A stretch of DNA of 64,000 nt from positions 32,001-96,000 of the forward strand of contig CAVVCZ010000001.1 in NCBI GenBank assembly GCA_963746845.1, in the 5' to 3' direction. Both the position numbers and the translations under genes were made by a program. The notes under the pieces were generated by a model, which saw only the letters and a list, made by a program, of their open reading frames with translations, was not told the origin of the DNA and did no database searches. The stretch comes from an uncultured Chloroflexia bacterium. Its GTDB lineage: Bacteria > Chloroflexota > Limnocylindria > Limnocylindrales > CSP1-4. Shown here piece after piece: positions 46,758-57,177 of this stretch; the first letter of the stretch is position 1, and the number at the start of each line of letters is the position of its first letter.

Positions 46758-47774
46758 CTATGAACTCCCGGAGGCCACCGTCTGCTCCGCCACGTCGCGG
46801 TCGAAGCTCGACGAACGCATCCAGCGCGCGGTGGCTTCCAGACCTGCCGTCAGGGTGATCTGCGGCGCCCAGCGAAGCATCCGCCGGGCCTTCTCGATGT
46901 TCACGACGCGACGGCGGATGTTGTCGATGTCTCGCCGGTCGATGTGGACGACGTCGACGTCCACGCCGACGGCTCGGCCGATCTTCGCGGCGAGGTCGTT
47001 GACCGACGTCTCGATGCCCGTGCCGACGTTGAACACCTCACCCTCCGCGCGGGGACGGATCGCCGCGAGGAGCGTGGCGTCGACGGCGTCGTCAATGTAC
47101 GTGTAGTCACGGGTCTGCTCGCCGTCGCCGTGGACCTGCAGCGGCTTGCCGTCGATCGCGGCCGCGAAGAACTTGGCGATGACCCCGCAGTACGGGTTGT
47201 CCGGCCGCTGGCCCTCCCCGAAGACGTTCGAGTAACGGACGACCGACACCGGGACGCCGTAGTTCTCGTAGAACGCGTTGCAGTACAGCTCGCCGCCGAG
47301 CTTGCTGACCGCGTAGGGCGAGAGGGCGACCGGTGGATCGTCCTCGTTGATCGGGATCGAGCGCGGGTTGCCGTAGATCGAAGTCGAGCCCGTGTAGACG
47401 ATCCGGTCGACCTTCGACTCGCGAGCCGCGAGGAGCACGTTGAGCGTCCCGCCGATGTTCGTGGCGAAGTCCTCGCGCGGGTCCTTGGTGCTCGCGATGA
47501 TGTTGCGCGCGGCCATGTGGAAGACCATGGACGCGTCCGCGACGAGCTCCCGAACGAGCGGCTCGTCGACGACGGAGCCGGTGACGAGCTGGGCGTTCGT
47601 CGGGACCACCTCGGCCTGGCCCGTGAACAGGTCGTCGAGCACGGTGACGCGGGCGCCCGCCTCTGCGAGCCGGCGGACAAGCGAGCCACCGACGAACCCG
47701 GCGCCGCCCGTGACGAGGACGCGCCGGCCGGAGAAGGCCCGGGCGACCTGGTCGGTCATCCGTGGCTCGGTCAT
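46758..47774 (-). CDS. NAD-dependent epimerase/dehydratase (extended SDR)
   Basis: VTGGAGFVG, YAVSK, RYSNVFG and GDGEQTRD. Confidence 0.92.
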   Translation of the reverse strand: MTEPRMTDQVARAFSGRRVLVTGGAGFVGGSLVRRLAEAGARVTVLDDLFTGQAEVVPTNAQLVTGSVVDEPLVRELVADASMVFHMAARNIIASTKDPREDFATNIGGTLNVLLAARESKVDRIVYTGSTSIYGNPRSIPINEDDPPVALSPYAVSKLGGELYCNAFYENYGVPVSVVRYSNVFGEGQRPDNPYCGVIAKFFAAAIDGKPLQVHGDGEQTRDYTYIDDAVDATLLAAIRPRAEGEVFNVGTGIETSVNDLAAKIGRAVGVDVDVVHIDRRDIDNIRRRVVNIEKARRMLRWAPQITLTAGLEATARWMRSSSFDRDVAEQTVASGSS

Positions 47775-48484
47775 CGCTTCACGCCGGCCCGGAGCAGGAT
47801 CGCGGGACGGAAGAGGCGCCACCAGTCCTTGAGGCCGCGCATCTTCGTGTAGCCCTCCTTCGCGTGGTAGCGAACGGTACACGGCACCTCGATCACCTTG
47901 TAGCCCCGCCGGATGGCCTTGTACAGGACATACGGCTCGAGGTCGTAGCTGGTGAGCCACTCCTGGTCGAGGTCGATCTTCGGGTCGCGGAGGATGTCGG
48001 CCTTGAAGATCCGGAAGCCATTCGTCGCGTCCGTGACGTGGCGCAGGACGAGGACGGAGAAGACGAACGAGTAGAGCCGCGTTCCGAAGCTGCGGTGGCC
48101 GATCGGGCCCACGACCCGGCCCCCCTTCCGCCAGCGGGAGCCCTGGGCGTAGTCGGCGCCGGCGGCCTCCAGGGCCGCGAGCGCGGTGATCAGCTCCGCA
48201 GGTTCGTGCTGGTCGTCGCCGGACAGGAGCGCGAGGTACTTGCGCTCACGGCGGAGACCTTCCTTCCAGCCATCGCGGATCGCGGCGCCGACACCGCCGC
48301 GCTCCTCGTGGCGGATGACGACGGCCGCGCCATGGGCACGCGCCTCGTCGCCGGTCCCATCCGTGGAGCCGTCGTCGACGACGATCGCCTCGAACCAGCC
48401 ACTCGTCGGCAGCTTGTCCAGGACGCGCCCGATCTTGCCCGCCTCGTTGAGAGCGGGGATCACGACGGCCACGATCGGCGTCAC
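47771..48484 (-). CDS. GT2 glycosyltransferase (DPM1-like)
   Basis: VVIPALNE, VVDDGSTD, SGDDQH and TDATNGFR; start may be GTG 48538. Confidence 0.9.
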   Translation of the reverse strand: MTPIVAVVIPALNEAGKIGRVLDKLPTSGWFEAIVVDDGSTDGTGDEARAHGAAVVIRHEERGGVGAAIRDGWKEGLRRERKYLALLSGDDQHEPAELITALAALEAAGADYAQGSRWRKGGRVVGPIGHRSFGTRLYSFVFSVLVLRHVTDATNGFRIFKADILRDPKIDLDQEWLTSYDLEPYVLYKAIRRGYKVIEVPCTVRYHAKEGYTKMRGLKDWWRLFRPAILLRAGVKR

Positions 48485-48632
48485 GGCGGTCGGTCGATCA
48501 CCCTCCAAGGCGGCCGACCCGGGCGTCTGTCCTTCCACGTCTCCCCGATTGCTCACGGAGCGAACTGCATGCGGGGAGATCGTGACCGGCAACGGTCCCG
48601 GTCGGCAACCCCCCGCCAGTACCAGTGCCGTC

Positions 48633-49664
48633 TCACGTCGCGGGCTCGGAGCGCGTCGTCCCGCGGCTGAAGTCCAGTCCGCGGCTTGTCTCGGTCCACG
48701 GAGCGGCGATGGCCAGGAGCGACACGAGCCCGGACGCATACAGGGCGGGCGTCCCGAGCACCGAGGCCAGCAGCGCGACGACGAAGGAGGCACGCGGCCA
48801 CCGAGCGCCGAGGAGCCAGCTGGCGACGAAGCCGAGCGCGAGGAACGCGTAGCTGCCCCAGGACACGCCGAGGAGCCCGGACAGGCTGAGCTCGGTCGGC
48901 CGGTTGCCGGGCAGCGTGGCGAGGTAGTCCAGGTACGACCCGGGCCCGGCGCCGACCGCCCCGAGCACGAGCATGAACGCAAGCGTGCCGAACGCGGCGG
49001 CGATCGCCATCCAGCGACGGCCGCCCGCCAGCCAGCCGGTCATCGCGATCGGCGAGAGCTTGATCGAGGCGGCCAGGCCGATCAACGCCCCGGAGGCGGG
49101 GCGATCACGGAGACGCCAGACGAGGATGTACAGGGCGGGCATGAAGGCGTTCACGTTCGCGACGGCGAGCTGCTCACCGATCGCGTGTGACAGAAGCAGA
49201 GCGAGCAGGACGCCGGGCAGACCCGTCTTCAGGACGACGTACAGGACGGTGCCGAGCAGGGCCACCCAGCAGGCGACCACCCAGAGCGTGATCCCCCAGT
49301 CGACCGCCGCGAGCGGGCGCCACAGGACCGCGATCGGCGGGGGCGACAGGAGGGGCGCGGAGTACAGGCCGGGGATCGTCAGCACCGGCAGGTCGCCCGG
49401 GACGAGGCGATACAGGTCGTGCCCGAGGTTCAGCCGATCTCCGGCCGCCCGGTACGTCATGGCATCGGTGAACGGCTCCATGAGATTGCCGGGTGCGTTG
49501 TAGACCGAGATGTTGGCGGCGGTCCAGGCGAGGATCGTCCCGAGGACGAGCCCGACCAGGAGCAGGTTCAGGATTCGCCGGACGACCGGGCTGACGGGAG
49601 GGTTCGCGACCGCCCCGAGCCGCGAGACCTCGGTCGAAACGTCGACCGCCGGAGCCGTGGTCAC
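48633..49664 (-). CDS. GT87/DUF2029-like membrane glycosyltransferase
   Basis: TDA.TYRAAG, DLY, SPPP, ANVN and IKLSP. Confidence 0.72.
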   Translation of the reverse strand: MTTAPAVDVSTEVSRLGAVANPPVSPVVRRILNLLLVGLVLGTILAWTAANISVYNAPGNLMEPFTDAMTYRAAGDRLNLGHDLYRLVPGDLPVLTIPGLYSAPLLSPPPIAVLWRPLAAVDWGITLWVVACWVALLGTVLYVVLKTGLPGVLLALLLSHAIGEQLAVANVNAFMPALYILVWRLRDRPASGALIGLAASIKLSPIAMTGWLAGGRRWMAIAAAFGTLAFMLVLGAVGAGPGSYLDYLATLPGNRPTELSLSGLLGVSWGSYAFLALGFVASWLLGARWPRASFVVALLASVLGTPALYASGLVSLLAIAAPWTETSRGLDFSRGTTRSEPAT

Positions 49665-50683
49665 AGCCGCCCCGCCTCGACCTCGTCGCGGATCCACGGG
49701 ATGACCTCGTCGAGCATCATCTCAAGCGAGGTCGTCGCCTCGTAGCCAAGGACCGCCTTCGCCTTGCGCACGTCGGGGACGCGGAGCTGGACGTCGTGCT
49801 CGAATGGCGCGTCGGAGACGTAGGCGAACGGCCGGCCGTCGGTGTGGATCTTCGACCAGATGCATTCCGCAAGCTCGAGCACGGTCGTCGAGCGCGCGGT
49901 CGAGAGGTTGAAGTCGTTGTTGAGCGCGTCCGGCGACTCCATCGCCAGCCGGATCCCGTGGGCGAGGTCGCCGCCGTAGGTGTAGTGGCGGACCTGTGAG
50001 CCGTCGCCGAGGATGTGGAGCGGGTCCTGACCCTTGAGGACCTTGAGGACCAGGTCCGGAACGACGTGCGACAGGGCCAGCTTCACGTTGCCGGACATGA
50101 TGTCCGTGTCGCGGACGGCGCGGCGCTCGCCGATTCCGACGCAATTGAACGGGCGAACGATCGTGTACGGCAGCTCGTACTGCTCCCATGCGCCCTTCGC
50201 GAAGTACTCCGCCGCAAGCTTCTGGAAGCCGTACGTGGACACCGGCGGCGGGGACGTCAGTTCCGCGCCCTCCGGGGTCGGGAAAACCGTCGCGGACTCG
50301 TACACCATCGAGCTGCTGACGACGATGATCCGCCCGAGCGTGCGCTTCCGGTGCGCGGCGATGGCGGCGTCGAAGGTCGCCGCGAGGATCCGCTCGTTCT
50401 CCGCGATCAGGTCGTAGGCGAACTCGTGGAAGTAGCTGATCCCGCCGATCATCGCGGCCGCTGCGACGACCTGGTCGACGTCCGACGCCAGCTCGGTCAT
50501 CAGCGCGACGTCCTTCGCGTCGCCCTCGACGAAGCGGTAGCGCGGGTGGTCGTCGTACGACTTCGTCAGCCGGCCGTACTTGCTGAAGTCGTCGAGCCCG
50601 ACGACCTCGTGGCCGGCCTCGAGCAGCTCGGGCACGAGGTAGCCGTTGATGAACCCGGCGGCACCGGTGACGAGGACCTTCAC
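49661..50683 (-). CDS. NAD-dependent epimerase/dehydratase
   Basis: VKVLVTGAAGFING, SSSMVY, YGFQK and RPFNCVG. Confidence 0.92.
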   Translation of the reverse strand: MKVLVTGAAGFINGYLVPELLEAGHEVVGLDDFSKYGRLTKSYDDHPRYRFVEGDAKDVALMTELASDVDQVVAAAAMIGGISYFHEFAYDLIAENERILAATFDAAIAAHRKRTLGRIIVVSSSMVYESATVFPTPEGAELTSPPPVSTYGFQKLAAEYFAKGAWEQYELPYTIVRPFNCVGIGERRAVRDTDIMSGNVKLALSHVVPDLVLKVLKGQDPLHILGDGSQVRHYTYGGDLAHGIRLAMESPDALNNDFNLSTARSTTVLELAECIWSKIHTDGRPFAYVSDAPFEHDVQLRVPDVRKAKAVLGYEATTSLEMMLDEVIPWIRDEVEAGRL

Positions 50684-51348
50684 CCGACCTCCTCGGCGCT
50701 TCTGCCGACATACAGCGTCTGCCGTCCGAGAATCCACCAGGCCGGCCGGAACGCCAGATAGGCGCGGACGAGCCAGCCGTTCTGGGGGAACTTGCTCTTC
50801 GTCGTGTAGGGCAGGAACCGGACCACGAGCTCCTCGGTCTCGAAGCCTGCAGTGTCCGCCGCCTCTTCCAGGCTCTTTTCGGTCAGCGGCGTCTTGTGAT
50901 CGAGGAAGTCCCAATACGAGCCACCGACGAGACGGATGTTCGGCTGAAGAATGATCACGCGCCCGCCGGGCCGGAGCACCTGGCTAACGACCTTCAGCTG
51001 GGCGACGACCTCGTCCGCCGAGCCGAGATGCTCCAGGTAGTTGCTCATGAAGACAACATCCACCGAGGCGGGCGCGATGTGGTCGAGGATCTCGAGCCCG
51101 TTGCTCTGGACAAACCGGACGCCCGGATCCAGGTGGGTCCGGACGTCGCGCAGGTCGACGGCGATGCGATCGCCCGCCGTGACGACGTTGATGAACGCGC
51201 CTCGGTCGCAGGCGAGGTCGAGGACCGTCGACGACGGATCGATGTAGCGCTGGAGGAACCGCGTGATCTCGCGCCAGACCTCGCCGCGGCGCGGCGAGTC
51301 GGCGTCGCTGAACCGCCGAGCGTAGATTGCCGGAAGGTCATCGTCCAC
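50680..51348 (-). CDS. Class I SAM-dependent methyltransferase
   Basis: VLDLACDRG, SNYLEHL and LRPGG. Confidence 0.88.
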   Translation of the reverse strand: MDDDLPAIYARRFSDADSPRRGEVWREITRFLQRYIDPSSTVLDLACDRGAFINVVTAGDRIAVDLRDVRTHLDPGVRFVQSNGLEILDHIAPASVDVVFMSNYLEHLGSADEVVAQLKVVSQVLRPGGRVIILQPNIRLVGGSYWDFLDHKTPLTEKSLEEAADTAGFETEELVVRFLPYTTKSKFPQNGWLVRAYLAFRPAWWILGRQTLYVGRSAEEVG

Positions 51349-51369
51349 CGGGTCAGCGGCCGCCGGCGG

Positions 51370-52566
51370 TCACAGGGAGATCCCGCCGCCGAGGGCACCC
51401 CAGACGTCGATGACGTCCTTGCCGCCGATCTCGAGGTTCCGGTAGGCATGGTGGGGGACGCCGAGGACGATGATGTCGCTCTGCTGGAGCACGGAGTCGA
51501 GCGTCGTGAGGCGGTCGTCGATGACGTACGGGTCCGTGCAGACGACGGTCGCCCCGGCCCACGCCAACAGCTTGCGGAGCTTGTAGCTGAGCGAGGCTCG
51601 CGTGTCGTCGGACTCCGCCTTGAACGCCATCCCGAGGACGCCGACGGTCTTGCCGCCCAGGCCGCCGTAGCGTCGCTCGAGGGCCGAGACGATGTACGCG
51701 GGCAGCCCCTCGTTGACCTGCATCGCCGCCTGACCGAGCGGGAAGTGATCGCTCGTGAAGGCGGCGAGCTGCATCGTGTCCTTGAACAGGCACGGCCCCG
51801 CGGCGAAGCCCGGTCCGGGAAGGTCCTGAGCGCGCGGGTAGTCGGTCCGGATCGCGTTGAGCACGTTGGTGTAGTCGACGCCGGCCTGGTGCGAGATCGT
51901 GAAGAACTGGTTCGCGACGGCGAACTTCATGTACCGCCACGTGTTCGTGAAGAGCTTCGCGAGCTCCGCCTCCTTCGAGCTCGTCCGGATCGTCTGCTTG
52001 ACGAGATGCCCGAACAGGCCCGCGGCACGCTCCGCCGCCCGATCGTCGTCGGCGCCAATGATCTGTGGGAGCGTGTGGAGCTCCTCCAGCGCGTGACCCT
52101 CCGCGATCCGTTCGGGGCAGAAGGCCACGTCCACGTCGCAACCGATCGCCTGCATCCGCTGGGCGACGTAGGCCGTCGTGCCCGGATAGACCGTGCTGCG
52201 GAGGGCGATCAGCGCCCCGCGCCGGACATGGGGCGCGATCTGGTTGACCGCCCGCTCGAAGACCGTCATCGATGGCCCGAGGAACTCGTCCACCGGGGTG
52301 CCGATCACGACGACGATCTGGTCGGTCCGCTCGAGGATCGCGCCGTCGGTGCTCATCTCCAGCCGACCCGTCGCCAGCACCTTCCGGAGGAGCTCGTCGG
52401 CGCCGGTCTCGAGGAATGGCATGTCGCCCGCCGCGACCCGGTCCAGGGTCGGCTGACTGAGGTCGTAGATCCCGGTCCGCAGACCGGCGTCGGCGAAGAC
52501 GAGGCTCAGCGGAAGCCCGACGTGGCCCGCACCTCCAAGGACCACGACGTCGAGATCGGACGGCAT
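51370..52566 (-). CDS. Nucleotide-sugar dehydrogenase (UDP-glucose/GDP-mannose dehydrogenase family)
   Basis: GGAGHVGLP, RSTVYPGTT, FCPERIAEG, AELAKL..N, GPCLFKD and GMAFK. Confidence 0.93.
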   Translation of the reverse strand: MPSDLDVVVLGGAGHVGLPLSLVFADAGLRTGIYDLSQPTLDRVAAGDMPFLETGADELLRKVLATGRLEMSTDGAILERTDQIVVVIGTPVDEFLGPSMTVFERAVNQIAPHVRRGALIALRSTVYPGTTAYVAQRMQAIGCDVDVAFCPERIAEGHALEELHTLPQIIGADDDRAAERAAGLFGHLVKQTIRTSSKEAELAKLFTNTWRYMKFAVANQFFTISHQAGVDYTNVLNAIRTDYPRAQDLPGPGFAAGPCLFKDTMQLAAFTSDHFPLGQAAMQVNEGLPAYIVSALERRYGGLGGKTVGVLGMAFKAESDDTRASLSYKLRKLLAWAGATVVCTDPYVIDDRLTTLDSVLQQSDIIVLGVPHHAYRNLEIGGKDVIDVWGALGGGISL

Positions 52567-52870
52567 GGTGGAAACGGTAGCAGCCCGGTGCGCTGCGACA
52601 CCACGCGCCGATGGTCCCAAGCGGCGAGCGGTACGCGGGCGCCGTCTGCCCGCGCGCGGTCGACGATCAGAGAGGCGAGCGCCGGGCCGAGCTTGGTCGG
52701 CTTGCCCGTGCGCGCTGTCGGCCCGGGGGGAATTGCGACGAAAGACGGGCGGGGCGACCCGGGTCGGGTTGCGCTCCGGCCTGCACCGACTCCCATCTGG
52801 TTCCGGCTGGCAACGGTTCGTGCGCGGCAACCTCCACGGCGGGGTCCTAGGACCGTACTGTTCTGCCTCC

Positions 52871-54451
52871 GTGATTCCGCGGTCCCGCGTCCCTCCGCCG
52901 CTCGACCGCCGAAAGGCGGTTGCTGGCGTTGGCGCCCGACATGCGATCGGCGCCGGGCTGATCGGCGTCCTCTTGTCCCTGCCGGCGATGCTCGCTCCCC
53001 TGAACCTCTACGACGGCGGGCTGGCATCGTCGGCCGCGACCTTCCTTGTCCACGGCGCGCTGCCGTACCGCGACTTCTGGTGGCTGTACGGACCGGGCGG
53101 TCCGATCCTCCTGGCTCCGTTCGTGGCGGTGTTCGGTCCGAGCCTCCTCGGCATTCGACTCGCTGGGCTCGTCGTTGCGTTCTGGCTGACGGCTGCCGGC
53201 TATGCGTGGATGCGTGCCGCACGACTCACGTTCATCCTGGCGGCCCTCATTCCGGCCTCCACGGTCGGGTTCATGTCGTTCCTCAACGGGCTCGAACCGA
53301 CGACGTGGTTCATCGGAATGGCGTTCGCGATGTCGGGCCTGTACCTGCGCGCCTTCCGGACGGAGCGCGCCGTGCTGGCCGGTGTGCTGATCGCAGCCAC
53401 GGCCCTGACGCGTCCGGATCTCGGGGCGTACGCCTTCATCGCCGCGTTGTTGGTTCCGGGTCGGACCCGGTTTGTCGCGACGGTCGGCGGGATTGGCGTT
53501 GTTGCGGCCGTCCTCATGCTGGTCACGGCGGGGCTACCGGCATTGGTCGAACAGCTGATCTGGTATCCGATCGTGGGTCCTCGCCAATTTCGCGGGCTTC
53601 CGCTCCCGCAGATCAGCGACCTGACCACGGCGCTCGCCTTCCTCGTGGCGGTGATGATCCCGAAAGCCGGCGTCGTCATCGCGATCACGCAGATGCTCGT
53701 CGTCCGCCGCCGCGACCTGGGGCTGGTTGTCCTTACCGTGTTTGCGGCGTTGTGCCAGCTCCAGACGGCCGGCCGGAGTGACCTGTATCACCAGGTCCAG
53801 GGCGGGTTCCCCGGGACGCTGTTGTTGGGCTACACCCTCGGCCGGATGTCCGACGTGCCCCTTCGGCGGATGCCGTCGATCGGCGCCGCACGCCTGGTTG
53901 CGCTCGGTCTACTCGCGGGCGTCTGCGCGTTCAACCTTTCCATCGTCTCGATCGGCCTCCGCCTGCCGGAGCTCGGGACGCTGCGATCGAGCGAGCAGGC
54001 ATTCGTCGCGGCGGTCCGGACGATCTCGAGCAGCGCGGGCCCCGACGAACCGATCTTCGTCGCGCTGACATCCAACCGGATCACCTTCGCGAACGACATG
54101 CTCGCCTACTACCTCGCCGATCGGCGGTCCGGCGTCCATGTCGCGATGTTCAATCCGGGCGTCTCCAACACCGACCTGGTCCAGCGCCAGATGGTCGACC
54201 AGCTCGAGTCCAGCGGGACGCGGTTCGTGCTCCTTGACCACCACTGGGCCGAGGCGAGTGAACCGACGAACGACAGCTCGATCCTCGGGAGCACGATCCT
54301 GGACACGTACCTCTCGACGCACTTCGTGCCGGCATGCGACTACGGCACGATCCTGGTTTCGGTTCGCGTGTCAGCCCTCGGATCGATCCGCTGCGCGGAT
54401 GCGGTGGATCGATCGATCGTGGATGTCCTCCCGGCCCTCGTCTCGAGGTAG
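52871..54451 (+). CDS. Polytopic membrane protein, GT-C (ArnT/PMT-like) glycosyltransferase candidate
   Basis: YDGG...GALPYRDFWWLYGPG N-terminal loop, many TM helices, soluble C-terminal domain; start uncertain. Confidence 0.65.
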   Translation: MIPRSRVPPPLDRRKAVAGVGARHAIGAGLIGVLLSLPAMLAPLNLYDGGLASSAATFLVHGALPYRDFWWLYGPGGPILLAPFVAVFGPSLLGIRLAGLVVAFWLTAAGYAWMRAARLTFILAALIPASTVGFMSFLNGLEPTTWFIGMAFAMSGLYLRAFRTERAVLAGVLIAATALTRPDLGAYAFIAALLVPGRTRFVATVGGIGVVAAVLMLVTAGLPALVEQLIWYPIVGPRQFRGLPLPQISDLTTALAFLVAVMIPKAGVVIAITQMLVVRRRDLGLVVLTVFAALCQLQTAGRSDLYHQVQGGFPGTLLLGYTLGRMSDVPLRRMPSIGAARLVALGLLAGVCAFNLSIVSIGLRLPELGTLRSSEQAFVAAVRTISSSAGPDEPIFVALTSNRITFANDMLAYYLADRRSGVHVAMFNPGVSNTDLVQRQMVDQLESSGTRFVLLDHHWAEASEPTNDSSILGSTILDTYLSTHFVPACDYGTILVSVRVSALGSIRCADAVDRSIVDVLPALVSR

Positions 54452-54474
54452 CCGGATCGACCGTCGCTCGACCG

Positions 54475-55920
54475 TCAGTAGGGTCGGCTCGGCCCGACCA
54501 GGACCGTCCCATCCTCGTCGTGGAACGCCTGGCGCCAGCCGTTGGCTTCGAGCCGCTTGATCATCTCCGTCTGATCGGGCGCCGCGACAACGATGGTCAC
54601 GCCCCAATCCTTCAGCGTGTCCTCCCAGCCGGATGACCCGCTCGCGATCCGCTCCGCTCCGTCCCAGGCCGCGGCAGGGATGAGCTCGATCCGGGAGTCG
54701 ACCGCGACCGACGCCTCCGGCAGGGCAAACTCGAACCACGAGCCCCACGGCTGCGGAGCGAGCAGCCGATCCCCGGGCTGCACCAGGTCGCGAAGCGCGG
54801 CGGTGATCCCGGGCGGGGCGGTCCCGACGACCCCGGCCGGCGTGCCGAGCTTCGGGTCCACGGGCCGCCAGACGGGCAGGGCGGCAATCCCGACGATCAC
54901 GAGGATCACCGCGATGGCGGCGTTGAGACGGCGCATCAGCGGTGGGTCGACGCGCTCCGGTCGGACGGCCCGGCCCTCCGCGGCCACCGGGACCGCAAGC
55001 GGGGCGATCGTCGCGGCGGCGACGAACGGCCACCAGGCGAGGCCTCGGACGGCCCAGGCGCCGAGCACAAGGAACGGCACGAGCCACAGGAGCATCGTCC
55101 ACGGGACGTGCCGGCCGCGTGCCGCGGCCGCGACCGCCGCGATGGCGACGAGCCCCGCCGACAGGAAGAACAGCGCCCCTTCCGGGGTCCGGATCGTCGT
55201 CGGCTGCCACTCCGTGATCTGGCTCGTGATCAGGCTGTTCGTCGAGATGCCGACCGCGTAGCCCCAGACGCCCGGCCCGAATGGGTTGACGAAGGTCGCG
55301 AGGACCGTCGCGACGAGCAGCCCGACGGTCACCTTCCAGCGGGGGTCGCGCTCGATCAGGTCTTCGGCCAGCGCGATCGCGACAAGGGCGGGCGCCAGGA
55401 TGAATGAGCCGTGGACGTTTGCCCAGACGACGACCAGGGGCACCGTCAGCCAGACGAGGCGGGGCGCCTCCCGCCGGCGGAGGACGAGCCACAACACGGC
55501 CGCGAACAGGGCGACCCCGAACAGCTGCGGCCGGAGGCCGAGGGTGATCGCGGCGCAGCCGAAGGCCGCCAGGGTGAGCCACGCAGCCACACGCACCGAC
55601 CCGGACCGTCGCCGGCAGAGATCGAACAACAGCCCGAACGCGATTCCGACGAGGGCGGCCCGGAGCAGCACGAGGCCGGTCCAGCCAGCGAGGCGGTAGG
55701 CGAGGGCGAGGGCGACCTGGGCCAGCCACTGCTGGTCCTGCCAGGCCATGCCGGCCGCGGTGTACGTCCAGGTGTCGACGCGCGGGATCGCCCCGGTGTC
55801 GAGGATCTCGCCGCCCGCCCGCAGGTGGTAGGCAAGGTCGACGGTCGGGAACGGGGCGATGACCGCGGCGAGCACGGGCAGCCCGATCGCGAGGAACGCC
55901 CAGAGGCTCCGGAGGCTCAC
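54475..55920 (-). CDS. Polytopic membrane protein, GT-C-like
   Basis: DLAYHLRAG, WQDQQWLAQ, LRPQ, WANVHGSF, EWQP and DSRIEL. Confidence 0.7.
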   Translation of the reverse strand: MSLRSLWAFLAIGLPVLAAVIAPFPTVDLAYHLRAGGEILDTGAIPRVDTWTYTAAGMAWQDQQWLAQVALALAYRLAGWTGLVLLRAALVGIAFGLLFDLCRRRSGSVRVAAWLTLAAFGCAAITLGLRPQLFGVALFAAVLWLVLRRREAPRLVWLTVPLVVVWANVHGSFILAPALVAIALAEDLIERDPRWKVTVGLLVATVLATFVNPFGPGVWGYAVGISTNSLITSQITEWQPTTIRTPEGALFFLSAGLVAIAAVAAAARGRHVPWTMLLWLVPFLVLGAWAVRGLAWWPFVAAATIAPLAVPVAAEGRAVRPERVDPPLMRRLNAAIAVILVIVGIAALPVWRPVDPKLGTPAGVVGTAPPGITAALRDLVQPGDRLLAPQPWGSWFEFALPEASVAVDSRIELIPAAAWDGAERIASGSSGWEDTLKDWGVTIVVAAPDQTEMIKRLEANGWRQAFHDEDGTVLVGPSRPY

Positions 55921-55977
55921 CCGCGGGATGCTAGCGGCAGCCGGTGCGGGCCCGCACCGCGACGATGGTCCTGGGGC

Positions 55978-57177
55978 TCAGCTCGCCGCCGACTCCGCGA
56001 GACGCACCGCCCGGGCTCCTGCGTCGTAGATCTCCTCGATCGCCTTGACCATCAGCTCCACGCAGAACCGCTCGTGGACGAGGTCGTGGCCGGCCCGCGC
56101 GATCGTGTCCGCATAGGCGCGATCGCGCAGCAAACGCACGAGCGCGGCCGCGAGCGCGACCGGGTTGTCGTGCTCGACGAGGAGGCCCGTGACGCCGTCC
56201 TCGATCATCTCCGGGATCCCGCCGACGTCGGACGCCACGACCGGTCGCGACAGTGCCATCGCCTCGAGGATCGACAGGCCCTGGGCCTCACGCCAGGAGG
56301 GCAGGACCGCGACGTCGAGGGCAGCGGTCACGGCCGGGACATCGTCGCGACGGCCGGTGAAGATCACGCGGTGGGCGACCTTGTGGGCTGCGGCCCACTG
56401 CTCGAGGAAGTCGCGCCGCGAACCCTCGCCGACGATCAGCAGGTAGGCGTCCGGGACCTCGCGGAGGACGTGCGGCCACGCCTCGATCAGCGTCTGGTGG
56501 CCCTTCTCCGGCTCGAGCCGAGCGACGACGCCGACGATCTGCGAGCCCGACTCCATGCCGAACTCGTCGCGCAGCGTCGAGGCGCCCTGGTGGTCGTAAC
56601 GCTGGAGGTCGACGCCGTTGTAGATCAGCCGGACGGGGGCGCCGGTCCGGTGCTCGTCGGCGATCTTCCGGACGATCGACCGGCTGACCGCGATCAGCTG
56701 GTCCATGTGCGGGGTCAGCTGGCGGATCAGATCGCGGTCCTCGGCGGACCGGACCCGCGACGAGTGGACCGTCGACACGACGTACGGCCGGCGGTGACCG
56801 GTGGCGTCGAGCGCCATCACGGCCCGAGTCCCGACGACATCCGCCCGGTACATGTGGGTATGGACAACGTCCGGCCGGACGAGAGCCAGGTGCGCGGTCA
56901 CCGCGGCGATGGCCGACGCGTCGTCCGGATCGTCGATCACCGTCACGGGGATGCCGTGGCGCTCGAGCTTGCGGACCGCGCTGCCGCCGGACAGTGCGAC
57001 GACCGAGGCGTCGTAGTGGGCCGCGTCGAGCCGCGTCATCAGGGAGAACAGGTGCTCCTGGGCGCCGCCGTTCGTGCCCGTGGCGAGGATCTCGACGACG
57101 CGAACGCGGTCCGGCCCCGGCAGCCCGAGATGCTCGATCGGGACGAGACAGGGATCCCAGGCGGGGGGGGCGCCCAT
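55978..57177 (-). CDS. GT4 family glycosyltransferase
   Basis: GGAQ, IYNGVD, VARLEPEKG, EAQGLSILEAMA and VGGIPE. Confidence 0.92.
   Translation of the reverse strand: MGAPPAWDPCLVPIEHLGLPGPDRVRVVEILATGTNGGAQEHLFSLMTRLDAAHYDASVVALSGGSAVRKLERHGIPVTVIDDPDDASAIAAVTAHLALVRPDVVHTHMYRADVVGTRAVMALDATGHRRPYVVSTVHSSRVRSAEDRDLIRQLTPHMDQLIAVSRSIVRKIADEHRTGAPVRLIYNGVDLQRYDHQGASTLRDEFGMESGSQIVGVVARLEPEKGHQTLIEAWPHVLREVPDAYLLIVGEGSRRDFLEQWAAAHKVAHRVIFTGRRDDVPAVTAALDVAVLPSWREAQGLSILEAMALSRPVVASDVGGIPEMIEDGVTGLLVEHDNPVALAAALVRLLRDRAYADTIARAGHDLVHERFCVELMVKAIEEIYDAGARAVRLAESAAS

Noticed and set aside
50896-53781. 961-aa + strand ORF, and similar long ORFs such as 60190-63870, 21145-23223, 55411-57315 and the 5' part of 16112-18460
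   Set aside because: Shadow or alternative-frame ORFs of high-GC genes; Arg/Pro-rich with no motifs, overlapping well-supported genes
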